Source of the DNA: Malacoraja senta
Taxonomy: Eukaryota
Direction: 5' to 3'
DNA: 64,000 nt
NCBI GenBank assembly: GCA_038087875.1
Contig: CM075989.1
Span: forward strand, 18,726,001 to 18,790,000
The notes under the pieces: generated by a model
The model's database searches: none
What the model was told of the DNA's origin: nothing
What the model saw: the letters and a program-made list of their open reading frames with translations, nothing else
Made by a program: the position numbers and the translations under genes
Shown here: positions 1-12,345 of the stretch, piece by piece
How positions within the stretch are numbered: position 1 is the first letter of the stretch
Layout of the letters: each line of letters begins with the position of its first letter

Positions 1-1074
1 GTATAGCCATGTTGGTCTAAATCACCTTTTTCCGTGCTAGATAGCTCCATGACTCTATTTCAAAACGTTAACAATAATTTTGCAACAATTTGAGAAATTA
101 AGGAGGAGGCACAGTACTGAAATTAAAACTACATTGGAAATATTGTCAACAAATGACAACCATTAATAAGGTTTCTGCTTCTGTTTTCTGAAATTGGAAC
201 GTGATATTTTTAAATCTTTTTAATTATTCTCCTTTCTTTAAACCAAGAATATAATTCCCTTTGATAGTCAGCGGGCAGGAACAGTCCATAATTTTTATCA
301 GTTAAAACAAATGCATTTGCCAGTCCTAGTCAAAACAATCCATTGCTCCCTGTTGCGTTAGTTTGCTTGCATCCTGTGGCCTTAACGCACTCTGGGTCTG
401 TCCATGTGCACAGAACATAGATCATAAAAAAGCACAGCACAAAAACAGGCCCTTCGGCCCGCAGTGTATGTGCAGAACATGATGCTAAGCTGAATGAATC
501 TCCTCTGCCTGCAAGTGATCCATATCCCTCCATTCCCTGCAGATCCATGTGCCTATCTAAAAGCCTCTTAAACGCCTCCACCACCAATCCTGGCAGTGTG
601 TTGCAGACTTTGTGTTTCAGACTTTGTGTAGAAAGGAACTGTAGATGCTGGTTTACAACAACGAAAGAGACAAAATGCTGGAGTAACTCAGCGGGTCAGG
701 CAGCATCTCTGGAGAAAAGGGTCAGGACCCTTTCTTCAGACCTTTAAAGTATCCTTTAAACGTTGCCCCTCTCACCTTAAAGCTGTGCCCTCTAGTCTTT
801 GACCTTTCTACTCTGGGAAAAAGGTTGTGGCTGTCTACACTATCTATGTAGTGAGGCAAATAAGTATGGAGGGAGCATAAAAGAGGAGTGGAAGCCTGAG
901 GCCTTTATGTTGTGCTTGTCTAATGGAGACCATAGCCTCAAGTTAGGCTTTGCTGCAAAACACAAAGGTGAATTGAAGCTCTGGTGCGCAGGAACGCAAT
1001 AAATGGCAGCAGGAAAGGGGCAGAGAGCCCCTTGAGACTGCTCTCTCATTCAGTAAAATCCTGGCCTGTCTGAC

Positions 1075-1452
1075 AGACCTTTATTCCTTGGAGTGCAGGA
1101 GGCTGAGGGGTGATCTTGTACAGGTGTATAACATCATGAGAGGAATAGTTAGGATGAATGCTCAGAGTTTCTCTCCCAGAATAGAGGATTTAAGAACTAG
1201 AGGGCATAGGTTTAATGTCAGAGGGGAAAGACTTCATAGGAATCTGAGGGGTAACTTTTTCACTCAGAGGGTGGTGGGTGTATGGAATGAGCTGCCAGAG
1301 GAGGCGGTTGAGGCAGATACAATAATAAAAGACGTAGAAAAGGTTTAGAGGGATATGAGCCAAATGTGGGCAGTGTAGATGGGGCATCTTGGCCGGCATG
1401 GGCAAGTTGGGCTGAAGGGCCTGGGCCTGTGCCCGTGCTGTGTGACTCTATG
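1075..1452 (+). mobile_element. CR1-clade LINE 3' fragment
   Basis: ORF2 C-terminus RRLRGDL...RTRGHRF...RGNFFTQRVVGVWNELP plus the gggctgaagggcctg tail. Confidence 0.9.
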
Positions 1453-2294
1453 GTTATAGGGCAGAGGATTTCAAAACTGACAGGGTTTTCATCTTCTATC
1501 TCAAGGGTGTTGTTGAACCCTTTGGTTCAATGAAGCGTGAGTGGAAGAAGCAAACATGCCTTGGTCTCTCCCACCTCTGCACCCAACCCACGGATTGAGT
1601 GACGTGCAACGGCTTAACTGTACCGGAAACTAATCCCAAGGGCTTAAAGAAACATAAGCAATAACAGGTGGACGTTTGGTGTGAGATTGTATTGCTTATT
1701 CTAAACTTTTACAGTAGTTGGTGTGCAGACTGGAGGGGGGTTGGGAGGGGAGCGAAGTGTATCTATATGTATTTATCTCTATATGTATCTATATGTCAGC
1801 ATGGACAAGGTGGGCCGAAGGGCCTTTTTCCCTTCAGTACAGCTCCAGCATTCTAAAATCAAAATCAAAATATTAGCTGGTACCAGAAATGATACAGATT
1901 AGTGGGAAGAGTGGAATAGTAAGTCAGTACGATGATTTAACACAGAGTCTGTTTATTTAGAAAAACAACCTATATCCTCAACGAACCCTAACTTTGTTCC
2001 AAAAGCCTTTCCTTTCGAACCATTTAAATTGCTGTCTCCAATGCGTCTGGTCAAACTTCAACCCCATACAACATTACAAGGGGGATGGTTGGGGATAAGC
2101 AGTGAGAAACTTTTCCCCATCGCAGTGTCCAGGTTTAAGACAAGGGAGAGAATGCTTCAAGGGGACTTGAGGAAGAATGTTTTCATCCAGAGTGTGAGGG
2201 GGACGGTGGAGACTGAGACTCACATATTTAACCTGGAGAAACTCAGCGGGTCAGTTCATCCAGGTTAAATATGTGTGTATCAGGCTCCACCTTC

Positions 2295-2623
2295 AAGGGT
2301 CTCGACCCGAAACGTTGCCTATTCCTTCTCTCCATACATGCTGCCTCACCTGCTGAGGTTCTCCAGCTTTGTTGTCTACCTTCGATTTTTCCAGCGTCTG
2401 CTGTTCTTTCTTAAACACATAGTTAACCTGTTCAGTGTCACCCTCGAGTATACACGGGTCCCTTTGTCATATTTTCACACCTTACACGTCCTCATCTATG
2501 TATCTCCCTCTCCCCTGACATCAGTCTGATGAAGGGTCATCGACCCGAAACGTCACCCATTCCTTCTCTCCAGAGATGCTGCCTGTCCCGCTGAGTTACT
2601 CCAGCTGTTTGTGTCAATCTTCG
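2295..2623 (+). mobile_element. Two tandem Penelope-like terminal units
   Basis: agggtctcgacccgaaacgt at about 2297 and CTGATGA-A-GGGTC-ATC-GACCC-GAAACGTC at 2526-2554, each followed by a gatgctgcc...ctccagc tail. Confidence 0.72.
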
Positions 2624-3705
2624 CTCCTAAATGGTTTCAATGGTTGGGACAGACGTGATGGGCCGAAGGGCCAGTTTCTAAGATGCGTGAATCCTATCGA
2701 ATATAGTTCCCTTCATTCAGCAATGTCAGTGTTAATACCTGGGTGAACGCAAAGTGAGAGAATTCATATCAACCTTCTCCCTCATGCTAAAGAACCAAAG
2801 AAACATTTTAAACCATGCCACTAAAATCACTCAATTATTGCCAGAGCAACAGTATTAAATTTGGCAATCAGCTGCTACAGAATCAAACCGTGTTCCTTCG
2901 AGAGCCCATTTACCATGGAGATGATCACGGAAAGTGCAAAAGCCTAAAAGCAATCTGGTTAAAATAAAAAGCACAAAAATATTATTCTTGACTTACCCAG
3001 TTGGATTCTAAAGAGTCACCAGTCCTTTGTCAATGCAGATCTTTTGTTATAAAGGTACATTTCCTTTTCAGGGAAGGAAGCGTTGAAAGGGACTCAGTTT
3101 CATTATGTCATAGCAACACAATGGTGATGCTTTTAGGGCAAGGTGACATTTTCCAAAGGAATTAACCCAGAGAGAAGTGAGATTTCTGTTCATTGCATTA
3201 GTTATTGAGCTGGTCCAACAGAGAAATGTGCCTATAGCTTTTTCTGTTGTCACCTTTACAAACTAGGCTGACATCTTATTTGAGTTTTGGCCAGAATGAC
3301 TTGTTGATCGTGTATTTGCATAATAATTAGCACATATTCAGTGATTCAGCAATAGTGATCTGTGGGGTCCATGACCACTCAATTCCATTCTACAGTCGTA
3401 GGGCTATACAGGCCCTTCGGCCCACCTTGTCCATGCCAACTCATATCGGGACAGTCCCATTCAAGATATTAGGCTAGTCCCATTCGCCGGCATTTGTCCT
3501 AGGGCCCTATATAACCTTCCTATCCATATCCGCCAAGGACCATAAGTTTTGTGGAGGGACCAGTTTGGGGGCGGGCAAACTTGTGGTCCTTGGTTGAGTC
3601 TAGATGGGCAGGGACGTATTTGTTAAAGACCTGGATCTCAGACTGTAGAAGGGTCTCACCCCCAAAAAGTCACCTATTCCTTTTCTCCAGAGATGCTGCC
3701 TGACC

Positions 3706-4031
3706 CGGCACAGTGGCGCAGCGGTAGAGTTGTTGCCTTCCAGCCCCAGGGACCCGGGTTCGATCCAGACTACGGGTGCTGTCTGTACGGAGTTTGTATG
3801 TTCTCCCCGTGACCGTGTGGGTTTTCCTCTAGTTTCCACCCACATTCCAAAGCCTTAGAGGTTTGTAGGTTAATTGGCTTTGGTAAAATATAATTTTTAT
3901 AAGGTCATAAGTGATAGTTGTCCCTATTGTGTGTGTAGGATAGTGTTAGTGTGTGGGGATCACTGGTCAGCGCGGACTCGGTGGGCCGAAGGGCCTGTTT
4001 CCATGCTGTATCTAAGCTAAACTAGACTAAA
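3706..4031 (+). mobile_element. HE1-like tRNA-derived V-SINE inserted into a Penelope-like unit
   Basis: A-box GGCGCAGCGG, B-box GGTTCGATCC, central domain and CR1-like tail; the host sequence gatgctgcctgacc...actgagttactccagc is split around it. Confidence 0.88.
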
Positions 4032-4774
4032 TCCACTGAGTTACTCCAGCATTTTGTGCCTATCTTCAGTGCGAACCTGTATCTGCGGATCCTTCCTAGA
4101 CAAATATTCTTACCTAGTTTATGAACACTGATTGGAATGATAGGGCAACTCGAACCTAGCATTTAACCCCTGATGCTGGTAATCCAAAGAGACTGGGGAC
4201 ATTACTCGGTTACATTCCCGATGTGAATCCAATGAAGAGTACTGCTTAATAAAGCATAAACTCAGTGTCGATCTGATCTGTCAGACTCTGACCAGATTAA
4301 TTAAGTTATCATTATTCCTTGCATTTGCCCAGGACTCGAGTCCCCCCTGTGATAGCGACAATAAAATATTCCCTTTATATTTTCACGTACATTCAAGTGA
4401 AGAGCCTTGAGAGATTATAAGCCTCTCCCCAATGCAATAGACACATTTTGAACAATATTATAACCCCATCAGTTATCAGAATGTTCTATAGTTCAGATTC
4501 TATGGAAGAATTATTGAGAACCCTAGCCTCCCATTTCATTGATTCATATTTTGCCTCGAGCAGTAAGCTAAATATAGAGAGCTCTCCGGTTACCTTTTAT
4601 GCCAAGAGGAAGTTTCAGACTCAACAATAATTCTTTCTCCTTAGATAGAGAGTCTTCGAGCTGCATAGCATGGAGATACACCCATTTGCCTGCATTTGGC
4701 CCATAGCCCTCTAAACCCTTCCTATTCATGTATCTGTCCAAATGTCTTTTACAAGTTTGATCTGAGTTTTGAAA

Positions 4775-5190
4775 CACTTCATGCTGCCTCGGCAAGGCCA
4801 GCAGCATACCCAAGGACAAGTCACGCCCCAGTCACTCTCTCCTCTCCCCTCTCCCATCAGGCAAGAGGTACAGAAGCGTGAAAACGCACACCTCCAGATT
4901 CAGGGACAGTTTCTTCCCAATTGTTATCAGGCAACTGAACCATCCTATCACCAAATGGAGAGCGGTCCTGACCTACCATCTACCTCATTGGAGACCCTCG
5001 GACTATCTTTAATCAGAATTTACTGGACTATATCCTGTACTAAATGTTATTTCCTTTATCCTGTATATGTACACAGTGGACGGCTTGATTGTAATCGTGT
5101 ATAGTCTTTCCGCTGACTGGATAGCACGCAACAAAAGAGATTTTCACTGTACCACGGTACACGTGGCAATCTGAACTAAATTAAATAAAA
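4775..5190 (+). mobile_element. Rex1/Babar-like LINE 3' fragment
   Basis: C-terminal motif SPLPSGKRYRSVKTHTSRFRDSFFP plus the tail tttcactgtaccacggtacacgtggcaat. Confidence 0.8.
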
Positions 5191-5539
5191 AGTCATATCT
5201 GGTACTAATTCTTTCTCTGGAAGCTGTGTACTTTCTTAAGAACCAGCTGCAGTCTCACTCAGTCATAAAAGCTGAGTCGCTGAATCTCTGCCTCTCTGTA
5301 CTAGGTCCAGACTCTCCTGGAATGTAATTAGCATTCCCACTGACTGCCAGAATTATGGTTCATCCAATGTCCCAGAAATGAATAATGCCACTTGTGTTCC
5401 AAGTTGAGCAACAACCATGCATCCCCATTATAACGATGGAGTATCATTATAATGGCCCGTGAATCTTTTGTCAATTGTGTCCTTTGAATTCCATCCTTCT
5501 CTTATTTGGTTCCGTCATGAAACCGATGAACTGATGATA

Positions 5540-5785
5540 ATAGACAATAGGCAATAGGTGCAGAAGTAGGCCAATCAGCCCTTCGAGCCAGCACCGCCAT
5601 TCAATGTGATCATGGCTGATCGTCCGCAATCAGTACACCGTTCCTGCCTTCTCCCCATATCCCCTGACTCCCGCTATCTTTAAGAGCCCTATCTAGCTCT
5701 CCCTTGAAAGTATCCAGAGAACTGGCCTCCACCGCCCTCTGAGGCAGAGAATTCCACAGACTCACAACTCTCTGTGTGAAAAAAT
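5540..5785 (-). mobile_element. CR1-clade LINE 3' fragment
   Basis: FFTQRVVSLWNSLPQ plus the caatag-repeat tail. Confidence 0.88.
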
Positions 5786-6718
5786 GTGCCTTGTCCTTCA
5801 AGATTGTTTATTCATTAGATTTGTGTTTTCTCTGTAGTGAGATTAAAGTGTTTTTGACCCATCAATCAGCAGCCGCTTGTGTGGGACATATCTTCAGATC
5901 ATACATTTCGCATAAATACCAGCGAAAATGAATCCAATGCCAAAGAATTTGTAGCTTTCTGTGTGAAGCAACTGAGTATAATCATCCTTTTTGTTCGTTC
6001 CGGACTTCTCTGGATGAGGACTACAAGTTTCTCACTGTCTCTGTAGGTCCTTGTTGAATTCACAGAGTTCTTTCATTTTGCAGCTTTGCAACACTTCACA
6101 ATAACCGTTTGTGTCTCGGAAAATCGAGACACCTCCACATTACTCCTCTCGGTAGCATCATGTTCAAGCATACGGGTTTCTGTCTCTCTGTGTGATTGCT
6201 TTGCACACTTTCATCAGCAGAAAACTGGAGACACAAGGGACAAACTCCATACAGACAGCACCCACAGTCAGGATTGAACCCGGGTCTCTGGCGCTGTCAA
6301 GCAGCAACTCTACTGCTGAGCCACCGTGCTCCTCGGCCTTATACCTTCTTTCTTCCCACCGTCTTTGCCAATACGTGATGCTGCCGTGCAGCATCGTCTC
6401 CTGAGGTGTTGCTGGTGAATTGACTCAGGTTCGATCCTGACTACGGGTGCTGTCTGTACGGAGTTTGTACGTTCTCCCTGTGACCCCGTGGAAAACGGGT
6501 GCTCCGGTTTTGTCCTGCATTCCAAAGACGTGCAGGTTTGTAGGTTAATTGTGGAGACAGCACATGGGTTTGGAGGAGGACTTTGAGCAACTCTGGACCA
6601 CCATGTTGGTCTCCTGGCTTGCTGCTTCTAGTAACATGTGGGATTTAATAACCCAGGAGGTATACACATTGTACAGGGTGGGCTGCTGCTTTCATCAATA
6701 CCCAGTTTGGGCAGCAAA

Positions 6719-7023
6719 CAGCCCAGTGGTATGAATATTGATTTCTCTAACTTCAAGTAACCCCGGCATTCCCTCTCTCTCCATGCCTCCCCCACCCAAG
6801 TCACACCAGCTTCTCGTTCTCACCCAGCAAGCAGCTAACAATGGCCTGTTTTCTTTATCATTGTTACCTTTTTTGCATTTCTTTCATTTATTTTTCTATA
6901 TCTCTCTACATCATCGTCTGTATCTCTCATTTCCCTTTTCCGTGACTTTCAGTCTGAAGAAGGGTCTCGACCCGAAACGTCACCCATTCCTTCCCTCCAG
7001 AGATGCTGCCTGTCCCGCTGAGT
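6719..7023 (+). mobile_element. Penelope-like element 3' fragment (ORF end, UTR, hammerhead-like core, tail)
   Basis: QPSGMNIDFSNFK* resembles a GIY-YIG C-terminus; CTGAAGA-A-GGGTCTCGACCC-GAAACGTC at 6954-6981. Confidence 0.75.
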
Positions 7024-7554
7024 CTATCCCCAGTTTAGAACTGCTCGGTTGGTCCACACCTAAACCCCTTAGCACTGCCGTGGAGTCACCAGCATCATTG
7101 GGGCAGAAACCTCAGTTGTGAAGGTTGTAACCAGCTGTTGAAGACCAAGGAAGGAAAAACTAATCGTAAGCAAGAGAGTTTGCTGATGAGAGAGCGAGGG
7201 AGGGAGCGTGTGTGTGTGGAGGTTGCTGAGGGATAGTGGAGTTTGGCCAAGGTCGGTTTGAAAGCAAGGACAACCACTCAATCCAGTCAAATCATACTAG
7301 AGGTAGTAGTGCATAGAGAAAAATACCAGTGCAGAATATAGTGTTACATCGTTATAGCATTGCAATTACAGAGAAAAAATCCAAGGTCCTCAATGAGGTC
7401 TGGGTTTCTTATTGTCAAATGTGCCAAGGTACAGTGAAAAGCTTTGTTTCGTTTGCTGTCCAAATGGATCAGAACGCCACAGGAGATCCTTCTTCCCTAT
7501 GGCTATCAAACTTTATAGCTCCTCCCCGTTCTGTCATGGGGTAGACTGAGACTG

Positions 7555-7600
7555 ACCCCCACCCCCCCCCACCCCCCCCCACCCCCCCCACCCCCCCCCC
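7555..7600. repeat. (AC8-9)n poly-C tract (G-runs on the minus strand)
   Basis: Read directly. Confidence 0.9.
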
Positions 7601-9117
7601 AATCTTTGCACATCCCCCAAGGCTTTCCACTCGTCACTTTAATTCCATGTTTCATGTATTTGTAACTGGAGACACGACTGTTGCCAGATCAATTTCCCTC
7701 CTGGGATAAATAAAGTTCTATCGTATCATATCGTATAATCAAGTCTATTTGCTCGAAACCAGTCAGTGGATGTATTTAAGGCAGAGATTGATATAATCTT
7801 GATTAGTACGGGTGTCAGAGGTTATGGGGGAAAGGCAGGAGAATAGGGTTAGGAGGGAGAGATAGATCAGCCATGATTGAATGGTGGAGTAGTCCTGATG
7901 GGCCGAATGGCCTAATTCTACTCCTATCACTTATGACCTTATGACCAGTCCAAGGATGTAAATGCTCAACAACTTTTATTCTATGCCTTTTTATAAAGGG
8001 CTAATTGAGAAATTAGTCAGTTTTGCATTTAGGATCAACTGGAAAAAGAGCAAGCCATAGATCCTCTGCATTTTGCTCTGAGTAGATGTTTAAGTAAATA
8101 TGATTGCAGGCAGCTGTATCAGGCATGGTGTATCTGTGCAGACTGTAGTGATAAGTTCTCAGCTAGAAAAGCTGCAGTTACCTTTTCACATATTACAGTG
8201 ACTTGATACTGAAATGGCTCTAATCCATGAATTGTATTTAGGGTAGAAATCTAGCATTTGCTGACACGGTCCACTCAAAAACAGCACCCCTCATCTCCTC
8301 CCCATCTCCCACGGGTGCTCCTAATGTTAATTATCTGCCTTGATGTGAGAGAGACATTTCATTAGCTATAATAGCACTTAGGGCTAATGGAATCGAGGGA
8401 TATGGGGAAAAAGCAGGAACGAGGTACTGATTATGGATGATCAGCCATGATCTTATGGAATGGCGGTGCTGGCTCGAAGGGCTGAATGGCCTACTCCTGC
8501 ACCTATTGTCTATGTTTCTATTATCTGACTTTATCACTACCTTGTAAAGACAAAAGAAGAGGCAGCCGCTGATCTGTATTGATTTCCACACTGTGATTGG
8601 GCAGATTTTGCCAGCACTGATTGAAGGACAGTCAGACAGAACAGTCCGGTTTGCAAAGAAATTCACTGAGGCTGGTAATCATAAATTTGAAATTTCAGTG
8701 AAGAAAACTATCAATTACACCGACTGCCAAACTATGAAGTCAACGAATGTGACCAATATTGCCTCCCTATCTCCGCAATAAGTCGATTTAAAGCAGGGTT
8801 TAATTTTCACATCCGCTGGAGAAATATTTATACACGAACACTGGTCTGATGTTTCATTTTCTGATCTATCTGCTTTAGACGAGTTTCAAGTGGTGTTTAA
8901 CTTCTTTGTATGAGAAACATTTAGTCAGCAACATCTGAATCTTACACAAACAAAACAATATGACGCATGGTGCGTTAGTATTCATTGTCGTATGAAGTGA
9001 AAACAAAATGGGCAAATTGCAAACAATATTCAAGTTTCATAGACAATTATGAATCCTCCGGTACTAGGCTACATGACAGAATATTTCATCCATTCCATCG
9101 ATATCAAGGGCACATGT

Positions 9118-9553
9118 ACTAGAGTCGTGTGGCACAGAACAGGCCCTTCGGCCCAACTTGCCTATGCCAACCATCTAAGCTAGTCCCATTTGCTCATGTT
9201 TGACTGATATCCCTCTACACTTTCCTATCCATATACTTGTCCAATTAAATGTTGTTATTGTACCTGCCTCATCTACTTCCTCTGCCAGCTGGTTCCATCT
9301 CCTCACGATCTTCTGTGTGACAATGTTGTCCCTCAGGTTCCTATCAAATCTTTCCTCTCGAACCTTAAACCTATGACCTCTGGTCCTTGATTCCTCTACC
9401 ATGGGTGAAAGACTCTGTGCATTCACCCTATCTAATCCCCTCATGCACTTGTACAACTCCATAAGATCTCTCCTCAGCCTCCTGCGTTCCAAGGAATAAA
9501 GTCCTAACTTGTGCAACCTCTCCCGTTACTCAGGCCCTCGAGACTGGCAACAG
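9118..9553 (-). mobile_element. CR1-clade LINE 3' fragment
   Basis: LGLYSLERRRLRRDL...RTRGHRFKV. Confidence 0.9.
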
Positions 9554-9582
9554 TGTTAAAGAAGGTGGTTGTTTAGTGTAGT

Positions 9583-9884
9583 TTAGTTTAGAGATACAGC
9601 GCGGAAAAGGGCCCTTCGGCCCACTGAGTCCGCGCCGACCAGCGGTCCCCACACATTAACACTATCCTGCACACACGAGGGACAATTTACACACACACCA
9701 AGCCAATTAACTTGCATACCTGTACGTCTTTGGAGTGTGGGAGGAAACCGAAGATCTGGGGGAAAGCTCACGTGGTCACGGGGAGAACGTACAAAGTCTG
9801 TACAGAGAGCACCCGTAGTCGGGATTGAACCCAAGTCTCCAGCGCTTAAGGCAGCAACTCTACCGCTGCGATGCCATGCCGCCC
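9583..9884 (-). mobile_element. HE1-like SINE, full length
   Basis: Reverse complement of the family consensus with (ctaaa)n tail. Confidence 0.88.
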
Positions 9885-12039
9885 TACCGTTGGGTATGCT
9901 TCCTTTCATTGGTCGGGGCATTGAGTACAAGAATCAGGAAGTTATGATCAGTCCAAAGAAGGGTCTCGACCCGAAACGTCACCTCTTCCTTCGCTCCATA
10001 GATGCTGCCTCACCCGCTGAGTTTCTCCAGCATTTTTATCTACCGTCGATTTTTCCAGCATCTGCTGTTCTTTCTTAAACAGGAAGTTAAGATGTAGCTT
10101 TATAGGACTTTGTTTTGGTTAAGTTTATGTGCAGTTCTGGTAGTACCACCAAGGGAAGGATATGGAGACATTGGAAGGGGTGCAAACGAGCTTTACCCGA
10201 ATGGGTTAGAGGTTACTAGATACAGGGAGGGGTTGGACAGACTTGGATTGTTTTCTCCGGAACGCCAGAGGTTGTGGGGAGAAGTAGATAAAATGATGAG
10301 AGGCGCCGATAGGGACAGTCAGAACCTTCTCCCCCAGGATGGAAATATCAAATGCTAGATGGCATCGCTTTAAGGTGAGATGTATGGGGCAAGCCTTTTA
10401 CCCAGAGGTGGTGATGGTGAGTGCCTGGGACTCGCTGGTGGTGGTGGTGGGGGATATCGCAGAAGGTAAATCACAGACATTGTTACCTTCCACCGCTATT
10501 AGACGAGGCAGCCTGGTTACTTTGAAGCTGGGACATCAGAACTGTGATGCACCATGCAGTAGCAGAGGAAGCTGGCTTCATGTCATCCCATCAGCTCACC
10601 CTCTGACGCTATCCAGCAGCTTCTTGCACAAATTGTGCGATGTTGGGAGGAATTGGGAGCAGGATTCGGCCCGTCAGTGCTCCGTGCCCCCTCCCTTCTG
10701 TTGTAGGATAGATCATTAATCTTCATCTGCATTCCCTTTTAGTCTACTTCCCAGAGTCAGTCTGGGGTAATGTGCAGAGTGCACTGTGTCTGATGGAGAT
10801 GCTGAGTGCATCAGATCACAGCACCAGGGGAGAGAGTGACTTGCCTTAGCAGTCATGTTAAATGTGTGGATATATTGTGCATTTGTGAGCACTTTGGAAC
10901 ACTAGTTCTATCCTACACACTAGGGGGGAATTTGCAGAAGCCAATTTACCTACAGACTTGCACGTCCTTGGAATGCGGGTGGAGACTGGAGCCCCTGGAG
11001 AAAACCCACACAGGCCACAGGGAGAAAGTACAAACTCCATGCAGTCAGCACCCGTAGTCAGGATCGAACCTGGGTCTCTGGCGCAGTGAGCCGTTGCACC
11101 ACCATGGCACCCCAAAAGTTTGTAGACTCTATTCTAAGCGTATGCATTAAATCTGTTTTAGTCCCATTGAACACCTCAGCATGCCAAGAATATATACGCG
11201 TGTGCTCATTTCATCTGGAAAGACATTTGCAAGGAATAATTGTATAAGCTTATTTCAAACTATCTCACCTGTTACTTGGTTTCGGAGGAAAATCCCAATC
11301 TTAATTTTGCTCGCTGTAAAATGATGCAGAATGATGACTGGAATTGGGGCTCTTAGCTTTCTTTCACAGCCGCCTCCAGGGGACTGTCTGCTTGGCGGGC
11401 AAGATGTCACCATAGCCATTGGATGCGGGCGGTGCCTGCTGGAAGGTGGCTGATTGCAGTTTCCATCGCTCAGGCAGATTTCTACGGGAGCGGAGGTGGC
11501 ATTTCCTTCACGCCTGCGTTATCGCCCGCTGCAGACCCTGCTTTGTGCGGGAAGATGGTGCAGAAGTGGCAGCACACTGTGAATAAGCATAACCCCCTAC
11601 CTCCCTCCTCTCTGTCCTTCTGCTAAAATAGACGATCCCCGCTCATTGTAGACGCTCCTGGTTTTAAGCGGTTGTGATTTGCCAGGAGCGTTATTGCAGA
11701 AGCAAAGATACCAAGCAGTTAAACTAGCCTACTGCGGTTTATAATGGACTTCATTACATGTTGTTAGACATGGGTGAATGGCTCAGAAAACTAAAATGTC
11801 CATATAATCACCATCACAGCCTGAAATATTACATTTCCTATTTGTAAGCTCAGCTGAGCAAAACGTTTTGGCAACCCTGAACAGATTTTGAAAGACCATT
11901 TAGATGCTCTAAAGAAATTGTGTCGCAATAAATAACAATCCTGCTGATTTCTGTATGATTTGCAGGTGACATATGACTGGTGATTAAAAAGTAAAGGTTG
12001 CTTGTTCTAGAAAAAGTTTAGGTATTCTGCCAGGGTGGT

Positions 12040-12345
12040 AGAGTGGTGCTGCTGGTAGAGCTGCTGCCTGTCAGCGCCAGAGACCTTGGTTTGATCCACA
12101 CCTCGGAGTGGAGCTTGCACATTCTCCCATGTGACCGTGTGGGTTTCCTCCGGGTGCTCCGGCCTCCAGCCACGTCCCAAAGCGTTTGTAGGCTAATTGG
12201 CCCTCTCTAAATTGCGCCGAGTGTGTAGGGAGTGGATGGGAAAGTGGGATAACGTAGAACTAGTGTCAACGGGTGATCGATGGTTGGCGTGGCTTCGGTG
12301 GGCCGAAGGGCCTGTTTCCATGCTGTATCTCAAAACAAAACTAAA
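12040..12345 (+). mobile_element. HE1-like SINE
   Basis: tRNA-like head, central domain, gggccgaagggcctgtttcc tail. Confidence 0.82.
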
